A stretch of 64,000 nt of DNA from Hydrolagus colliei. Taxonomy: Eukaryota. The DNA lies in contig CM068756.1 of NCBI GenBank assembly GCA_035084275.1, positions 2,976,001 through 3,040,000 of the forward strand, given 5' to 3'. Shown in pieces: positions 1 through 12,150 of this stretch; position 1 is the stretch's first letter; each line of letters starts with the position of its first letter. Position numbers and translations under genes: made by a program. The notes under the pieces are model-generated. The model saw only the letters and a list, made by a program, of their open reading frames with translations, made no database searches and was not told where the DNA came from.

Positions 1-1121
1 TTGAGACGCTCCCTTGATGTGAACAGCATTGCGTGAACTTGAGGCCTAGTATTCATATATATTATTACAACTTATGGGAACATACAAACCGTCCAATTCT
101 CAGTTTCCTCCAATAACCTTTAGGCTCATTGTCTCCATTGAGACACCTAACATATGTACAGGCTACGTTTTCTTGTGGGTGGTGCGGTGATGGAGGGGTG
201 CGGTAGCGAGCGAGAGAGGAATGATCAGAATTCACTGTAATATATTATATATAACGTGTATATATTTATAGGTTTGGGTCATTCTGTCATCCGCTCAGTT
301 GGTTAGATAGCAGTGTGCAACTGATCCCGACAATAAACCCTACAAGCAGCCGTTTAGAGACCCGAGGCTCTGAGATGTTCTCAAGTGTCTCATTTGAGCA
401 TCAGTGATGTGGTTCACCCCCCTCCAGTTGCACTTTTACTACCCTCTTGGGGACGTCTCTGGATGGTCAAAGGTCATATTTCCTCTATAGAGTGAGCGCT
501 GGGACTGATGCCGACAAGGTGGCCTGGAAGATAGACTGATGAGGGAAGCTTCAAGGACTGCTGCAGACAATAGACACTAAATCTAAGGTTCACGTGATTC
601 CTGTTGGCTTTGCGCAATAAAAAAAAGAGTCAAAAATCACACCAAACAAAAGGTTAACGTCTTATATTTAACCCTTGTTTTCGGTGGAATGTCTTGCGTG
701 GGTTTTTTTGGTGGTGGTGGGGGGCGGGGGGGGGGGAGGTGGGGGGAAAACACAAGTCAACAGACACGCATTCCGCCGAAAGCAATGTTGAGAAGCTTCT
801 GAACGGATTATTCATCACAGTGTTTCACAAAAAAGTTTTTCTTTGCCCAAGTGACAGGGTTATTTGGTGGAGTTGATTTAAATTCTCAGGGAGCTGGAGA
901 GGGGTGGGTGGGGACAGGAGAGGAGAGGGAGGGTAAGGGAAGTGGAAGGGGTTGAAAATAATTAGGAGCAGAACTGTTTCTTTAAGCGTTTCTGGGACGC
1001 TAACTCTGCATGAGGGGCGTTATATAAATGCAATTAATTGATGATAATGATGATGCAAACACAGTACGTAATGTTACTATGATGTTGATCAAAAAAGGGA
1101 AGTTCTTTTCTCAGTCCGTTT

Positions 1122-1123
1122 CC

Positions 1124-1154
<31 letters not shown>

Positions 1155-1166
1155 ACACACATATAT
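1122..1166 (+). repeat. Poly-C (19 nt) followed by (AC)n microsatellite
   Basis: Directly visible: C19, then (AC)10, then ATATAT. Confidence 0.95.
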
Positions 1167-1430
1167 AGACACACCAACACAATAGATCACATGTTGGATG
1201 TGTGGTCAACAGAACAATAGCTTTCAACTCTTCTGTGCTGCCCATTAGGTCTAAAATTCTGCCATGTCTTTGCCTGTACATTCACTTTAGCTTAGAATTT
1301 AAGGTCGCGCAAAATTGTGGAAAGTTCTTAAATTCAATCTTAATTTTGATTGCCTTTTACAAAAAAAACCCAGTAGCAAATCATTTTTTAGTTGCAGGCT
1401 GAATTTAAGTATTGTTTAATTATTGCATTT

Positions 1431-1570
1431 AATAATACAGTAATCCTTGCATTTGGCTTTTCAAGTGGTCAAAACATCTCGAAGGATTTTACTGTAAAGT
1501 GTAGTGACCATGTAACTTGCAAGTGAATGCGGCCACTGACTTGCGCACAGAAAATGTCCCCACAAGCGAA
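1431..1570 (-). mobile_element. SINE 3' tail fragment
   Basis: Reverse complement of the shared tail (taatccttgcatttg...tactgtaaagtg...tgtccccacaa). Confidence 0.75.
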
Positions 1571-2329
1571 GCCAAGCTGATCAATTTTATCTGGGATGGT
1601 TGACCAAGTTGTCGCAGATGATCGTTCGACTACAAATACACAGTCACGCTTCATCGTAAAATCCTGTGAAAGAGAACTGGAAACTGGGCAAAGTTCAAGC
1701 CCCAAGCATGTGCTATGCACTGGTCAAACTGCAACTTGATATGACTGTTCTTGGCAATTTTGTTTTGTAAGCGTGAAATGTCATGAGGTTTATACAAGTG
1801 ATGCCTTTATGAATAGTCCATTTGTGTGGCTTTTTTTTTCTCCCTCTCCCTCTCACCCCCAACCGCCCCCCCCCCCCCCCCCCCCCACCACCTCCACCCC
1901 CTTCCTGACAGACTTTTCAACCCTTGACTTACACAGAAGCCCAGAGCAATTTCGTAGACACTGTAACACGCTGTTCTTGTTCACGTAAAACTCTAAAACC
2001 TTGTGTTTGTGTGTGGCTGGAGTTCACAAGCCATGGATTTATCCATGTGTATGAATGTCGCTAAGATTGAGGATTTTTTTCTTCTATTGGCAGCACCTGC
2101 TCAGCTTTTATGTTTAGGAACTCATAAAGTACGTTTTTTTTTAAATTCTAAAGTCCTAACCTACAAAGAAGGAAAATAAAACCTTTTTTTTCCCAAAATA
2201 AAAATGGTTTTAAGGTGAAGTCTCACAAAGCCAACGTTTGTCCATCCGTGACCTTTTAACGTAACCATGAATTGTTTGAAAATCCAGCCCCAAAACAAAT
2301 GAACTAGTAAGAGGTCAGTGGATGTCTAG

Positions 2330-3700
2330 TTAGGCTTCACAACTTGTATGTTTTGTATGAATGAGTGAGGACTTAATTGAGACACTAATAATGTGCTGGG
2401 CTAGTTGAAAAGCCATGTAGTTAGAGTAGTTCCATAGAGCAACCAATGTTGTTGCTAGCGGTCAGTCACCGATGGCAAAAATTCTTCCTGTTCAGCTCGT
2501 GTTAGCCCTGCAAGTCAAAGCCTTAATGGTAGAATAGTTGTCCTACCTGGACAAGCAGTGGGAGGTTTGTTCAAAATAGTCTTAATACATCATATCTAAC
2601 TGCCTCTTGTAACCTCAGCTTTAGGTAATTTGCCTACTTACTATGAAGTGTAGTAACTGTATGTTTGTAGGCAAAAGCAGGAACCAATTTGAATACAACG
2701 GTGTTCCATAAACTGCCATAAGATGAATGTCTATCTAGATCTAAGGGAACATCAGGAGAAACGCCCTTCCCTTTTTGAGGAGTGCTTTGTGATTATTAAC
2801 GTCCACCCGAAAAGGGTGACAGGAACCGGTCCCCCAAAGGGGGCTCGATTCCCCTGCATTTGTATGTGTATGTCTGTCTGCGTGTGTGTGTATGTGTGTG
2901 TCTGCAGCACTTCCATCGTCAATGGCACAGCCAAAGGAAGATGCAAATTCAAATTTAAAACTCTTGCGGTTTTCTAATTTATTCACATTTCTCAACTCGT
3001 GGATCAAGTCCAATAAATGCAAACAGTCCACTTTGAAGTAAACTTCAATCATAAGCCCGGAATGGAAATAGGCAAAGAGATAATGAATAGGCCCTGAGAG
3101 AATCTAAGGTGAAATGATCGCCGAACTTCCAGATCAAATGTTTTTTTTTAATAAACAGGGTCTTTCCTTGTTCGCTATAAAATAAATCTTGGAAGTGTTT
3201 TGATAACTCAGGCTGAAATGGTTCCTGAAATAACAGTAATACACTTACATGGAGAAAACTGGGGTAACTTAATACTGCTGTCTTCATTTCTGTGGATATG
3301 TATTGATTCTCGTGCACCTACCACACAGTGCACTGGTTAATGGTATGGTTCACCCTTCTAGAATAATATTTGAGAGTAGTTCACGAAGCGTCCTCCTGTT
3401 TTATTCCAATAAACTGGCTGCGCAGTGAGTCGCGAGCTTTAACATTGCGACAGTCACGTTTTTCAAATCTTTCCTTACCCTCTTACCTGGCGAGCTTGCA
3501 GATAAATGCTACCTCCAGCTCTTCATTTAATTCTCCTGAAAACGTAACTGTTTCCGGCTTTAATTGCCTTTTTTTTTGTTAAGATCTCAACATAATGTGT
3601 GAAGTAACTTGACGTTGCCAAATGGCTCTTTTCCCACGCTTGTTGTGACAGCACTTTGTCGTACTTTGTTTGAGACTGAGGCTTTCGGCACTTTGCGATC
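2330..3700 (-). mobile_element. Highly decayed L1/Tx1-clade ORF2 (reverse transcriptase) relic
   Basis: Minus-strand translations across frameshifts give colinear look-alikes of L1 ORF2 motifs. These are QTKYDKVLSQ; ISTEMKTAVLS...FQPELSKHFQDL (cf. GFPxEFYKxF); PLWGTG.CHP (cf. RGTRQGCPLSP); NLPL..GRTTILP (cf. LPLSLxGR...ILP); and ALWNYSNYMA (cf. LALPNFxxYYWA). Recognised by eye only. Confidence 0.45.
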
Positions 3701-3744
3701 AATCACTCGAGATTTAACTTAGGGTTGTTGCTACTTTTGTTGTA

Positions 3745-3920
3745 ATAATAGAATAATAATCCTCGCATTTGATATAGAGCCTCATTATGTTGTTGAGACA
3801 TCTCGAAACGCTTCACAGAATATACCGTGAAGTTAATTCTGAGGGCGAAATGTAGCAGCCAATTGCACGTAGCAGTGTCCCACAAACAGTTATGGATTGA
3901 GAAACCAAATTATTATTATC
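3745..3920 (-). mobile_element. 5'-truncated young SINE inserted in the L1 relic
   Basis: aataatcctcgcatttgatatag...cgcttcacagaatatac...gcagccaattgcac...tcccacaaacag matches the reverse complement of the SINE 3' half. Confidence 0.9.
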
Positions 3921-4069
3921 ATTATGGGAAGGAATTATTACCCCCCCAAGAAAGCGATCTGACGATCAACTAACAACCGGGTTCCTAATTTTGATGCATT
4001 GACTTGAAGCTACAGCCAGCCTCAAGACTGGTGTGTACAGAATACTGTATAACACAACCTCTACATCAG

Positions 4070-4640
4070 TAGATGGTTCATTTCAGGGACTGGGCTCGGA
4101 ATTTCTTGTGGCTAAACCTCCAATGGTCAAGGTTTAGCTGCTCGGAATTGGCAGATGCCAATTCCAAAATCTGCTCAAGCACAGGTTGTCTCGTCCGTGA
4201 CTGCCAACCTGCAGAAGATGGATTACAATGCACAAAATTGCTTGAAGCAGAACAATAACGGGTAGAAATCTCCAAGTTATGATACATTTACATAATTTCT
4301 AAAAAAAAATCAAAGTCAACATTCTTATGAGATAAAACAAATCATCTGACTCTTCAATTTCCTTTACTGCTGTGATTTTTAAAATTCACTTATTGCTCTT
4401 TCCCGTTACAATCAGATGCTTTCCTTCGGGAACCGACTTTGCTATTCATTCCTGTGATCTTGAGTTGCGCTTCTTCCTCTCCTGTTCATGCATTTGGGTA
4501 TTTAACGCACTTCGCTCGTCACGAACCAAGTCTTCAGATTCTCTTCTCCAGATCAGACCAGACTTTAGCAGTTTCAAAATCGATGCCAACTTCCTTTGAT
4601 TTATCAAAATGCAAATACGAAACAGACACAGACATTGCCA
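4070..4640 (-). mobile_element. Decayed L1 ORF1 (Transposase_22-type) relic
   Basis: Minus strand reads DLEKRI...(E)NRR..QLKITG...VPEGK (cf. LENRxRRNNLRIxGVPEG), then EQILELA (cf. KExILRLA). Contains stops and frameshifts. Confidence 0.5.
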
Positions 4641-4689
4641 TTGACGAATTAATCAGTTCCGTAGGCAGGCACCCATCAATCAGTTCTCC

Positions 4690-5075
4690 TCAAAGTCGTG
4701 CGCTCAAACTTGGCAAGGAGGAACGAGTTATGGATGCTGCCACGGCACACACATCTGCAATGATATTCTTGGCACCATATGCCACCTGCACATTCATGGA
4801 ATGGAAGCCTTTCCTGTTATACTAGACGAGTACAATTTTGGCAGGTACATTATGTGGAAACCCAAGACCCTGTCAGAGCTGGTTCTAGTCACGATGCTCT
4901 GACTCTCCGGTGTTGGCGATGAGAAGCTGATGTAACGGCAACATTGACTTGAGAAATACTTTGGACATTTCCCCCATGTAATGAATCATTAGTTTAGCAG
5001 GAATCCAGCGCGACGGCACGTGAGCTCAATTTTACTGGCACCAACATGACGCGAGAGGGGTGGTCAGTGCGAGAC
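4690..5075 (-). mobile_element. PIF/Harbinger DDE transposase (HARBI1-like) fossil fragment
   Basis: Minus strand reads LVPVKL..AVALD...ISQ...VT.A, GFP, then YNRKGFHSMNVQVAYGAKNIIADVCA-W-GSIHNSFLL. This matches the Harbinger NRKGFHSxNVQ...WPGSxHDS signature; stops and deletions are present. Confidence 0.8.
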
Positions 5076-5129
5076 TCTTCTTAACTGATGGCTGAACATC
5101 CAGTTGGGACTAATACAAAAAATAAGAAG

Positions 5130-5290
5130 AAACCTTGCAATTGATATAACGTCTCATCACGTCATATAATGTCTCAAAGGGCTTCACAGTATGTATTGGA
5201 AAGTGAGCGTTTGTATTTGTAGACGAATCCAGCAGCCAATTTGTATAGAGTCATGTCCCGCAAACAGCCATGAAGTGAACGAGCAGTTTT
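5130..5290 (-). mobile_element. SINE 3' tail fragment
   Basis: accttgcaattgatataacg...gcttcacag...gcagccaatt...gtcccgcaaacagc. Confidence 0.8.
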
Positions 5291-5399
5291 ACAGACATCA
5301 GTTACTTGTTGATGCATGAAAAAGTGAACTTGTTTTAGTTTTGACAACTAACTTCAAACCAGACCAAAAAAAGAACTTATTGGCTTGAAGGAATATTGG

Positions 5400-6025
5400 A
5401 AATTCAGTTTGAGTGAGATACCTTGTATAGGTTTCTAAATAAATAATCTCACAGTACCTTATTCCTGGCATGTTCTTTTTGTGTCATAAAATGAGTCTTT
5501 TTTTGTTCAATGGTGTCTTACTGGTTTCACCTCCAGTAAATTGGAGCTTGCAATGCCAGCCCACCAAGCAAAGAAAGCAATCCAGAATCATATTTTGAAT
5601 CCATCAAATTATTTCCCACTTATTCCCAATATGAATGCATCCTGATCAAGCACAACAGTTTGAAAGTTATTCTTCCCAAATGACTGAGAATGTGTTTTTG
5701 TGCTCTTGTATTTGGCACACTCTCTGGTGAATATATCACGATTTAAAAGCTTCATCACCTTTGTTTGAAATATATCTTTTTAATAAGTTTTTTTTTATTG
5801 ACTTGCTGAGTGAAGGATTTAAACGTACGACAAAGTTTGCATATAATTCACTTATCCGCATAGGAGGTCCAAGAATTCCAGGTCCGATCTTTCATATCAA
5901 AATGAGTTCTGATTTGATCTTGTGATCTGTCCATTGCAAATAACTCACAATGGCAAAGTCAAGCGAACTATGAACTCAGATCTTTAAGGAACCTAAGATT
6001 TCTTCTGAAGAATGCGAAATCCAGT
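5400..6025 (-). mobile_element. Possible L1/Tx1 ORF2 C-terminal relic
   Basis: Minus strand reads SYLQW (cf. FRYLQ), FQTKVM (cf. IQFKVL), DAFILG, LLGGLALQAPIYW (cf. LLAxxxIxxxW). Weak by-eye similarity. Confidence 0.3.
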
Positions 6026-6029
6026 CAAG

Positions 6030-6369
6030 ATAATAATAATAATAATAATCCTTGCATTTGATATAGCGTTTTTCATATCTTATCAATGTCTCAAAGAGCT
6101 TCACAGAATATACTGTAAAGTGAATTGACTGTATAATTGTGGGTGAAACACGGCAGCCAATTGCGCACAGCAGTGTCCCACAAACAGTCATGGATTGAAA
6201 ATGACCAATTTTTGGGGGGTTTTGGGGTTTGGTTTTATTTTTGGATGGATTATTATTCGCCGCGTGGAGTAAGGAAACTTACCTAAGGTTTTGCCCTGAC
6301 CTGCCTGGATTCGAACACAGGTCTCGCGTTTGTAAGGCGAGTGCTCTAACCACTGAGCTACAGGACTCC
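6030..6369 (-). mobile_element. Full-length young tRNA-derived SINE
   Basis: Reverse complement has head ggagtcctgtagctcagtggttagagcactcgccttac, A box TAGCTCAGTGG, B box GTTCGAATCC, and tail caaatgcaagg(att)n. Near-identical to other copies in the window. Confidence 0.95.
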
Positions 6370-6599
6370 ACAATGACTTGCATTTAAATAGTGCTTTCGT
6401 GCAGTAAACAAACATCTCAGAGATTTTATAGCTGGACAGAAGCTAGATTTGAAAACTATCGGATTCGAATGCCTGGTTCCCGAAGGAAACCGATGTTTTC
6501 GTGGGTTTTGCCATTATATTTTACAACACGTGGCAACTAACATTTAAGTAGCGGCTTTCATGTCAGGGAGATGTCAGCAGTCTGTCACCTTAACCACTC

Positions 6600-7370
6600 A
6601 GTCATCTCGCCTGCCTCTTGTCACCGGTCGTGGTGGATCCGTTTCGAATGCGCACCAAACACTGCATGTAAACTGTAGTTTGTCATGTAGGTGTTCTCCA
6701 CAGATTGATGTTTGAGCTATTTTCCGAAGGTGCGTTGCGTTGTTCTTTATGAATCGGAGGTTCTTTTGCGACTCAAGTTTAACGGTGGGTTTCAGCCGAT
6801 ATCTCTCGGGCCGAGTTCAGAATAATAGGCAGTTGATCATTTCAAAGCAATTTTTTTTTAAAAAAAAGGTTTCAGAACCCAGCATTGAGCTTGGCATGCA
6901 GTGATTCAAAGGTCGAGGTACGCTTTCAAGACTTGATATAAGTGGGAACTGGAGCACTTTCATCCCACCCAGCATGCCAGCGTTCGAGCCCTTGAAATGC
7001 ACACGGGTTATGAATCTAATGCCTCCATCTGGCACGTTACCTAGGTTTCTCGGCCAGAGTGCACAAGAATACATTTGCAGAAAGTTTCATCTTTAAGCGG
7101 GACTGACATGTCTGGTTTTCTCCTCGTTGAACGCAAAATGTCTTCGCCAGCTAATGGAGGAACGCTGTTAACTACAATCTTGGGCTGAGGGTACATCTTG
7201 GTTCTGTCCACATGTATTTGTGTTAAGGCAGCCGTCTGTGAGCGCATGGTGCCGTGAGAAGCGCATTGGTTGATTTTTCTTTAATTTTCTTGCACTCAGT
7301 AAGCCATGCAAATATCTTCTGAGACACTAAACATATCCCCAGAGATTTACCAGTGAATGTGCAATAAGAT
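6600..7370 (-). mobile_element. Possible second, older Harbinger-like transposase relic
   Basis: Minus strand, colinear weak look-alikes: GKSLGI..SQ...STNALL, CALWPRNLGNVPD (cf. AKWPGSVHD), MLGG...FPL, QRTFG..LK (cf. ERTFGLLK). Confidence 0.3.
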
Positions 7371-7399
7371 TTGATGAACAGTTGCAATCTAATTGTTCC

Positions 7400-7635
7400 C
7401 CAAACTGCCTCCTTTGCCTCTAATCTCTGGAATTCTCTGCTTCCATTCCTCCACCTCACCACGTCTCTGTCTATCTTCAAATCCCACCTTAACGTTTACC
7501 TCTTCAACCGCCCGCCCTTAGCCCCCACCCCCCCACCCCCCCACCCCCCATCCACCTTCTTCAACTTGGTGTCCACATGTGAAACTCTCACAGATATTAT
7601 CATATGTGAAACGTACTATAAATTGAAGTTGTTTG
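7400..7635 (+). mobile_element. L2-clade LINE 3' end (ORF2 C-terminus plus tail)
   Basis: Translates ASFASNLWNSLLPFLHLTTSLSIFKSHLNVYLFNR (L2 signature LWNSLP..LR...SL..FKS.LKT.LF), followed by a tgtgaa...tataaat tail. Confidence 0.85.
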
Positions 7636-7859
7636 TGTGCAGTAATGAAAGCTGAACTCTATATTTAACAAACATTTCCAAATACTCTAGTTTAGATGAT
7701 TGAAGACTGAAAGGGTTAATTTAGGTTTAACCAATTCCTAAGCAAAGAAATCCTGCCAAAAGGGCCTCAGCTGGAAACCGAGTCGGAAGCCATAAACCTC
7801 CTCATGTACCTTGATCCCTCTCTGCCTGTCTTCCTGAAAATTTCACCTCTTATTTTTTT

Positions 7860-8132
7860 ATTTCCGCCTTATCTGAATGCATCAGTTGGGGAGCGAGTGT
7901 CAGAGCACATTACCTGATTAATGTTAACGTACAGTGTAAATAGACTTCGCCAGGGCAGGCCGGGCTCATTATGCGCCAAATCAACTGCATGTGCTACAGT
8001 GCGGAGAAAAGTGGGAGTCACTTCAGCTCTCGACAATTTTTGCATTCCTGGAGTCTAGCAGAAAGTTAGTAGGAGTCGAGATGGGAACCAGCTTTTTGCT
8101 TCAAAACCGATAGAAGGAGGGAGGGAGAGGGA

Positions 8133-8168
<36 letters not shown>

Positions 8169-8270
8169 GAGGCATTATTGTCCAATTAATCAATTTAGAC
8201 ATAGATGAAACAATTTGGCTGGACACTGGTGGAGTGTAGATTTATGGCCGTAATTTTGAAGCTGATTTTA
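7860..8270. promoter_or_regulatory. Candidate conserved non-coding (enhancer-like) block
   Basis: Unique sequence apart from the internal (AG)n. Clustered homeodomain motifs: TGATTAAT, CCAATTAATCAATT, and TTTATGG at 8241. Conservation not tested. Confidence 0.3.
8139..8164 (+). repeat. (AG)n microsatellite
   Basis: Directly visible. Confidence 0.95.
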
Positions 8271-8289
8271 AAAAGAATCTGTACAATTT

Positions 8290-8465
8290 TATAATACTAA
8301 TAATAAGTGCATTTGATATAGCGCCTTATTGGGGCAGAGACATCTTAACGTGCTTCACAGAATACACTGTAAAGTAATTTGACAGTGTACTTTGTGGGTT
8401 AAACGCGGCAGCCAATTTGCACACAGCACTGTCCCACAAAGTGTCGAGGATTAAGTGACCAAATT
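8290..8465 (-). mobile_element. SINE 3' half
   Basis: gcatttgatatagcgcc...gcttcacagaatacactgtaaag...aaacgcggcagccaatt...tcccacaaa. Confidence 0.9.
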
Positions 8466-9254
8466 ATCATTTTAATTTTAATTCTCAGGTTCTTTTTAAG
8501 AGCTACCGAACGACCCAACTTCAAAGCTCGGACTCAGTTCAACAATTTGCCAAATGCTGCGTCAAAGGAACATGTCCAGATTCAGGGTGAGATATGTTCC
8601 TGTGGATTTCTTTAGGCCAGTGGTGCTGGGCTTTATTGGTGGTAGTGGCAGTGGGAGAAGCAAATGGGCAGAACAATAAAAAACCCAGCGGGGGCTGGAG
8701 CAGAGATCAATCTGTAGGAGACCACAGTAAGGCAGCAGATGGCAATGTGAACTCCCAGTCAATTCATCGCTTTAGTCATTTGGTGGTCTTTACAGATAGC
8801 ACAGGGCTGATTAGAATAATGGGGAAGTTAATCTGCCTTGAGCTGAGATGAGTGATGAGCTACCAGTTAAACAAAGGTTGACTCTGAGCAAGTTTTTGTA
8901 GGTGTTTGGATATTTTTTCCTGCATCCAGCGGTCACAGACCATTAAGAAACCATTCACTTGGCAAATTTCCTTTCTTTCCCATTTAGTTAAATTGTTACA
9001 AATAGCAAAGTCCGGTCGGCAGACACTAATAACCAACTTTTCGAAAATCAATCATTTTAATTGCACTTATTAGTGTTTGACTATTTAAGTTGTACCAGAT
9101 GATAAAATCTATCCCGTGAAATGAAACGATCATTAAGTCAATTTCTTGTCAGCCTGTTATCATACATGCAGTCGTTGTACTCTTGCAATTCAGTCAGTCA
9201 GATACCCAGTGAACTGAGAGAGCACTCGATATGAGGGGCCACGTTAAACTGAGG

Positions 9255-9375
9255 GTGGGTTTCGCCCACAAAATACACAGTCTATCCACTTCACAATGTA
9301 TTTCTGTGAAGCGCCTTCGAGACGTGTCAATGACGTGATAAGACGCTGTATCAAATGCAAGGATTGTTATTGTTT
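9255..9375 (+). mobile_element. SINE 3' tail fragment
   Basis: gtttcgcccacaaaatacacagtc...tgtgaagcgc...atcaaatgcaaggattgttatt. Confidence 0.85.
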
Positions 9376-11879
9376 ACTATGAGAACCGTCGCTCTCTGAA
9401 AGTCCTCCGTACAGTCAGGGCCACGTTAGCTAACATCACAGGGCGAGGCTGCGATTGGGTGTGAAATGTTTTGGCCGGTTAGCTCTCCAGTGCCGGGTGT
9501 TCCACTGTGGCTCTCCTCTTGGTCGCGTCTCCGTTCTCCCTCCCACCATCGCCTTGTTCCCCTCTTCCCCCTCCCATCTCCCATTGTCACTGCCGCTGAA
9601 ACAAACCTTTGCTGTTTTCAAGCCTGGGTGTTTCCGAAGGACTCTGAAAGGAGGGTGGTGGGGGTGGGGGTGGGGGGGTAGGCAGGGGAGGGGGGTGACC
9701 TGTGATTTTCCTCAGGTTCCAGCATGTTCCCATCTCAATGCCAGAACTATCATTCTCCATAAAACAGATGGAGATTCAAATGGTGACTTCTCATCTGTTA
9801 GATACAAGATAGCCAACGCTAGTTTTCCACATTGAGTCGTGATGCATTCTGCACACATCTTGCGTTCTCTAAAGACTGTGTCTGTCCCTGGGCACTAAAT
9901 ATGAGCGGCATATTTGAGATTCTTCACACAATGCATTTAACATGGCTATAGTGCTTAGACAGATTTATTCCTAACCTTTTTTCATTTAGGGGAGTGCAGT
10001 TGTTGGATTTCCCCTCTTCCCAAGTTTCTGTCCACTTTAACCCCCTCTCTCATGCTCCCCCCCACCCAGACAAGGATATTAATCGTCTGCTAACTGAATT
10101 TCCTTTTCGCCTCTTTCATCAGAGTTACGTTTCACTGCAATTTTAATAAAGAGATTTAATTTGGGGTTATACTTAATTGTAGCCCACATGAGGTCTCGGT
10201 GGGTGGGTAAGGTGAGTCTCGCCGATGACCCCTTTGAAAACGTGAGCAAACCAGATGGAATATTGAGGCGAAACAGGTTCCACTTAACCTGGCAATGTAC
10301 CATAGCGAAGATTGTCATGATCAGCCTGGCGCGAGCGGAGAACTGCGTTCCTTCTTGGCTGTGACTGTATGAAAGTACTTTTAGGTCAATTGAAGTAAAT
10401 GGCCCTAAAGTCTGTTTTATTTGTCAGCGTTTCAATAGTGCTTTCCCCACGCCTCCTCTCATCCCATCGCTTTTCTGCTCTCTCCCCTTTCCTAGCTCGG
10501 TCACAAAGTTAGACCGTTCTTTCTCCATTGAATAGATGCTTTGATCAAGAAGGCACAATTCCCACCACAAATGCTTATAAATTTGCATCTGATATACCAA
10601 CATGTGCAGAATGTCATCGCATTCATGCCAGCTATTTAAAATAACACTTTTCAGAGTGTTTAAAAAGTGCTTTAATGATGCTGTCATGTGTTTCTAACTT
10701 TGCTCTGTGTGTGTGTGTGTGTGTGCGCAGAGTAACTATGGCCTTTGCCTACATATACATACACTCACACACATACACACAGCCACTGCATTGGCCATCA
10801 CTTGCTCGCAAAATGCTCTGAGATGCTTTGATGTGATAAAGCGCTTGCATTATATGCGAAGGCTATTGTTATAATAAACATTTAGCTGACGATTTCCGTA
10901 AAACAATTCTGAATGAAAATAAATACAAACATGTTTTTTTTATAAACTTGTCACCACCGTTTTGGCAGTATATTTCTGCCGAGCCACCAGGTTTTTTAAA
11001 TTAAAAAACAGTAACTCTATCTACCTTGCTCGCTTGGCATCTGGAGAACTTCACATATTTACTGGTTGTCAACACCTTAGTTCTTGCTCACCTCTCTCTC
11101 CTCTTCTCCCCCATCCCCAACCCCCACCCCACCCCACCCACCCCCACCTCCCTCCCCATTAAAGTCAGTTTGTGTCTTACTCTGCTATGAAATGTGAAGG
11201 AAGTTTGAATGATGGAGGGCAGCGCTTAATAGGCCAATTAGGCTTCCAGCCAACAATTATGTATCATCCATCTTTAGTGGAGAAGGTTTCGCATTGAAGA
11301 TTTTGGTGTCCACTGCATTGATGGTTGTTGGAGTTTCTCCCCATCCACCTCATTAATACCCAGAGTGTGAAATGTTGGTTGTGTTTAAGGGAATTCTCCA
11401 GTGTTTGCAAAAGCTAATCTTTCAGTGAGCGCCCTCAGTCAGGGAGCTTATTCCTCAGCAAATTCTTGTCTTGTCTCTTATTCATCAACACCATTCCTTT
11501 CGACTTGGGCTATATTGATCCCATATGGTGGTGTCAGTGGGTGCCGTTCATCACCGGCCTGACAAACTCCATCAGCAGACTCGTGCTTGCTGGTAAATAA
11601 CTCCGAAAGTCAACTGGGGGGAAATGGTCTGAAACGTTGCAGAGTGAAATAAGTTACTGCCGTGAGTGGTGGTGGGAGGGTGGGGTGAGGGAGATGGATT
11701 ATTTGTATATCTTACGTGTTGCCTATAAAATATAGTCACTACACTGGACAGTACATCACCTGAAGCACTTTGAGCCATCCTTTTGACGTGAAAAGCTTTG
11801 TTATCAAACGCTTAAAATGTCTGTTGCACCACATCAGACACCTGGCAGATCTGTAGTACAACCCTCTATTGCCTGATGA

Positions 11880-12150
11880 GATTGAGTTGTGATTTTGCCT
11901 GGCGAGAGGCAATAACTATAATCCTTTCATTTGATATAGCACTTTATCAGATCTTTGAGATGTCTCAACGTGAGATGACGTGAAAGTGAAAGAGGGGGAA
12001 TGGAAAATAATGATTGAGTTGTGATTTTATCTTGCGAGGGATAATAATACTAATAATCCTTGCATTTGATATATGCACCTTATCAGATCTTTGAGACGTC
12101 TCAACGTGAGATGAGGTGATCATGAAAGACGAGGAAAGGGAACTAATGAT
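11880..12150 (+). repeat. Diverged tandem duplication (two ~132-139 bp units) containing a minus-strand SINE tail
   Basis: gattgagttgtgatttt...catttgatat...ttatcagatctttgaga.gtctcaacgtgagatga occurs at 11880 and again at 12012. Confidence 0.9.

Noticed and set aside
285-530. Degenerate tRNA-SINE (gctcagttggttaga...)
   Set aside because: Only an A-box-like motif is clear; no B box or tail could be confirmed.
4420-6489. Exact 15-bp inverted match (tttccttcgggaacc at 4420-4434 / ggttcccgaaggaaa at 6475-6489) as transposon TIRs
   Set aside because: No target-site duplication and no coherent interior. Both probably encode the VPEG motif of separate L1 ORF1 relics, and a 15-mer match can also arise by chance in 64 kb.
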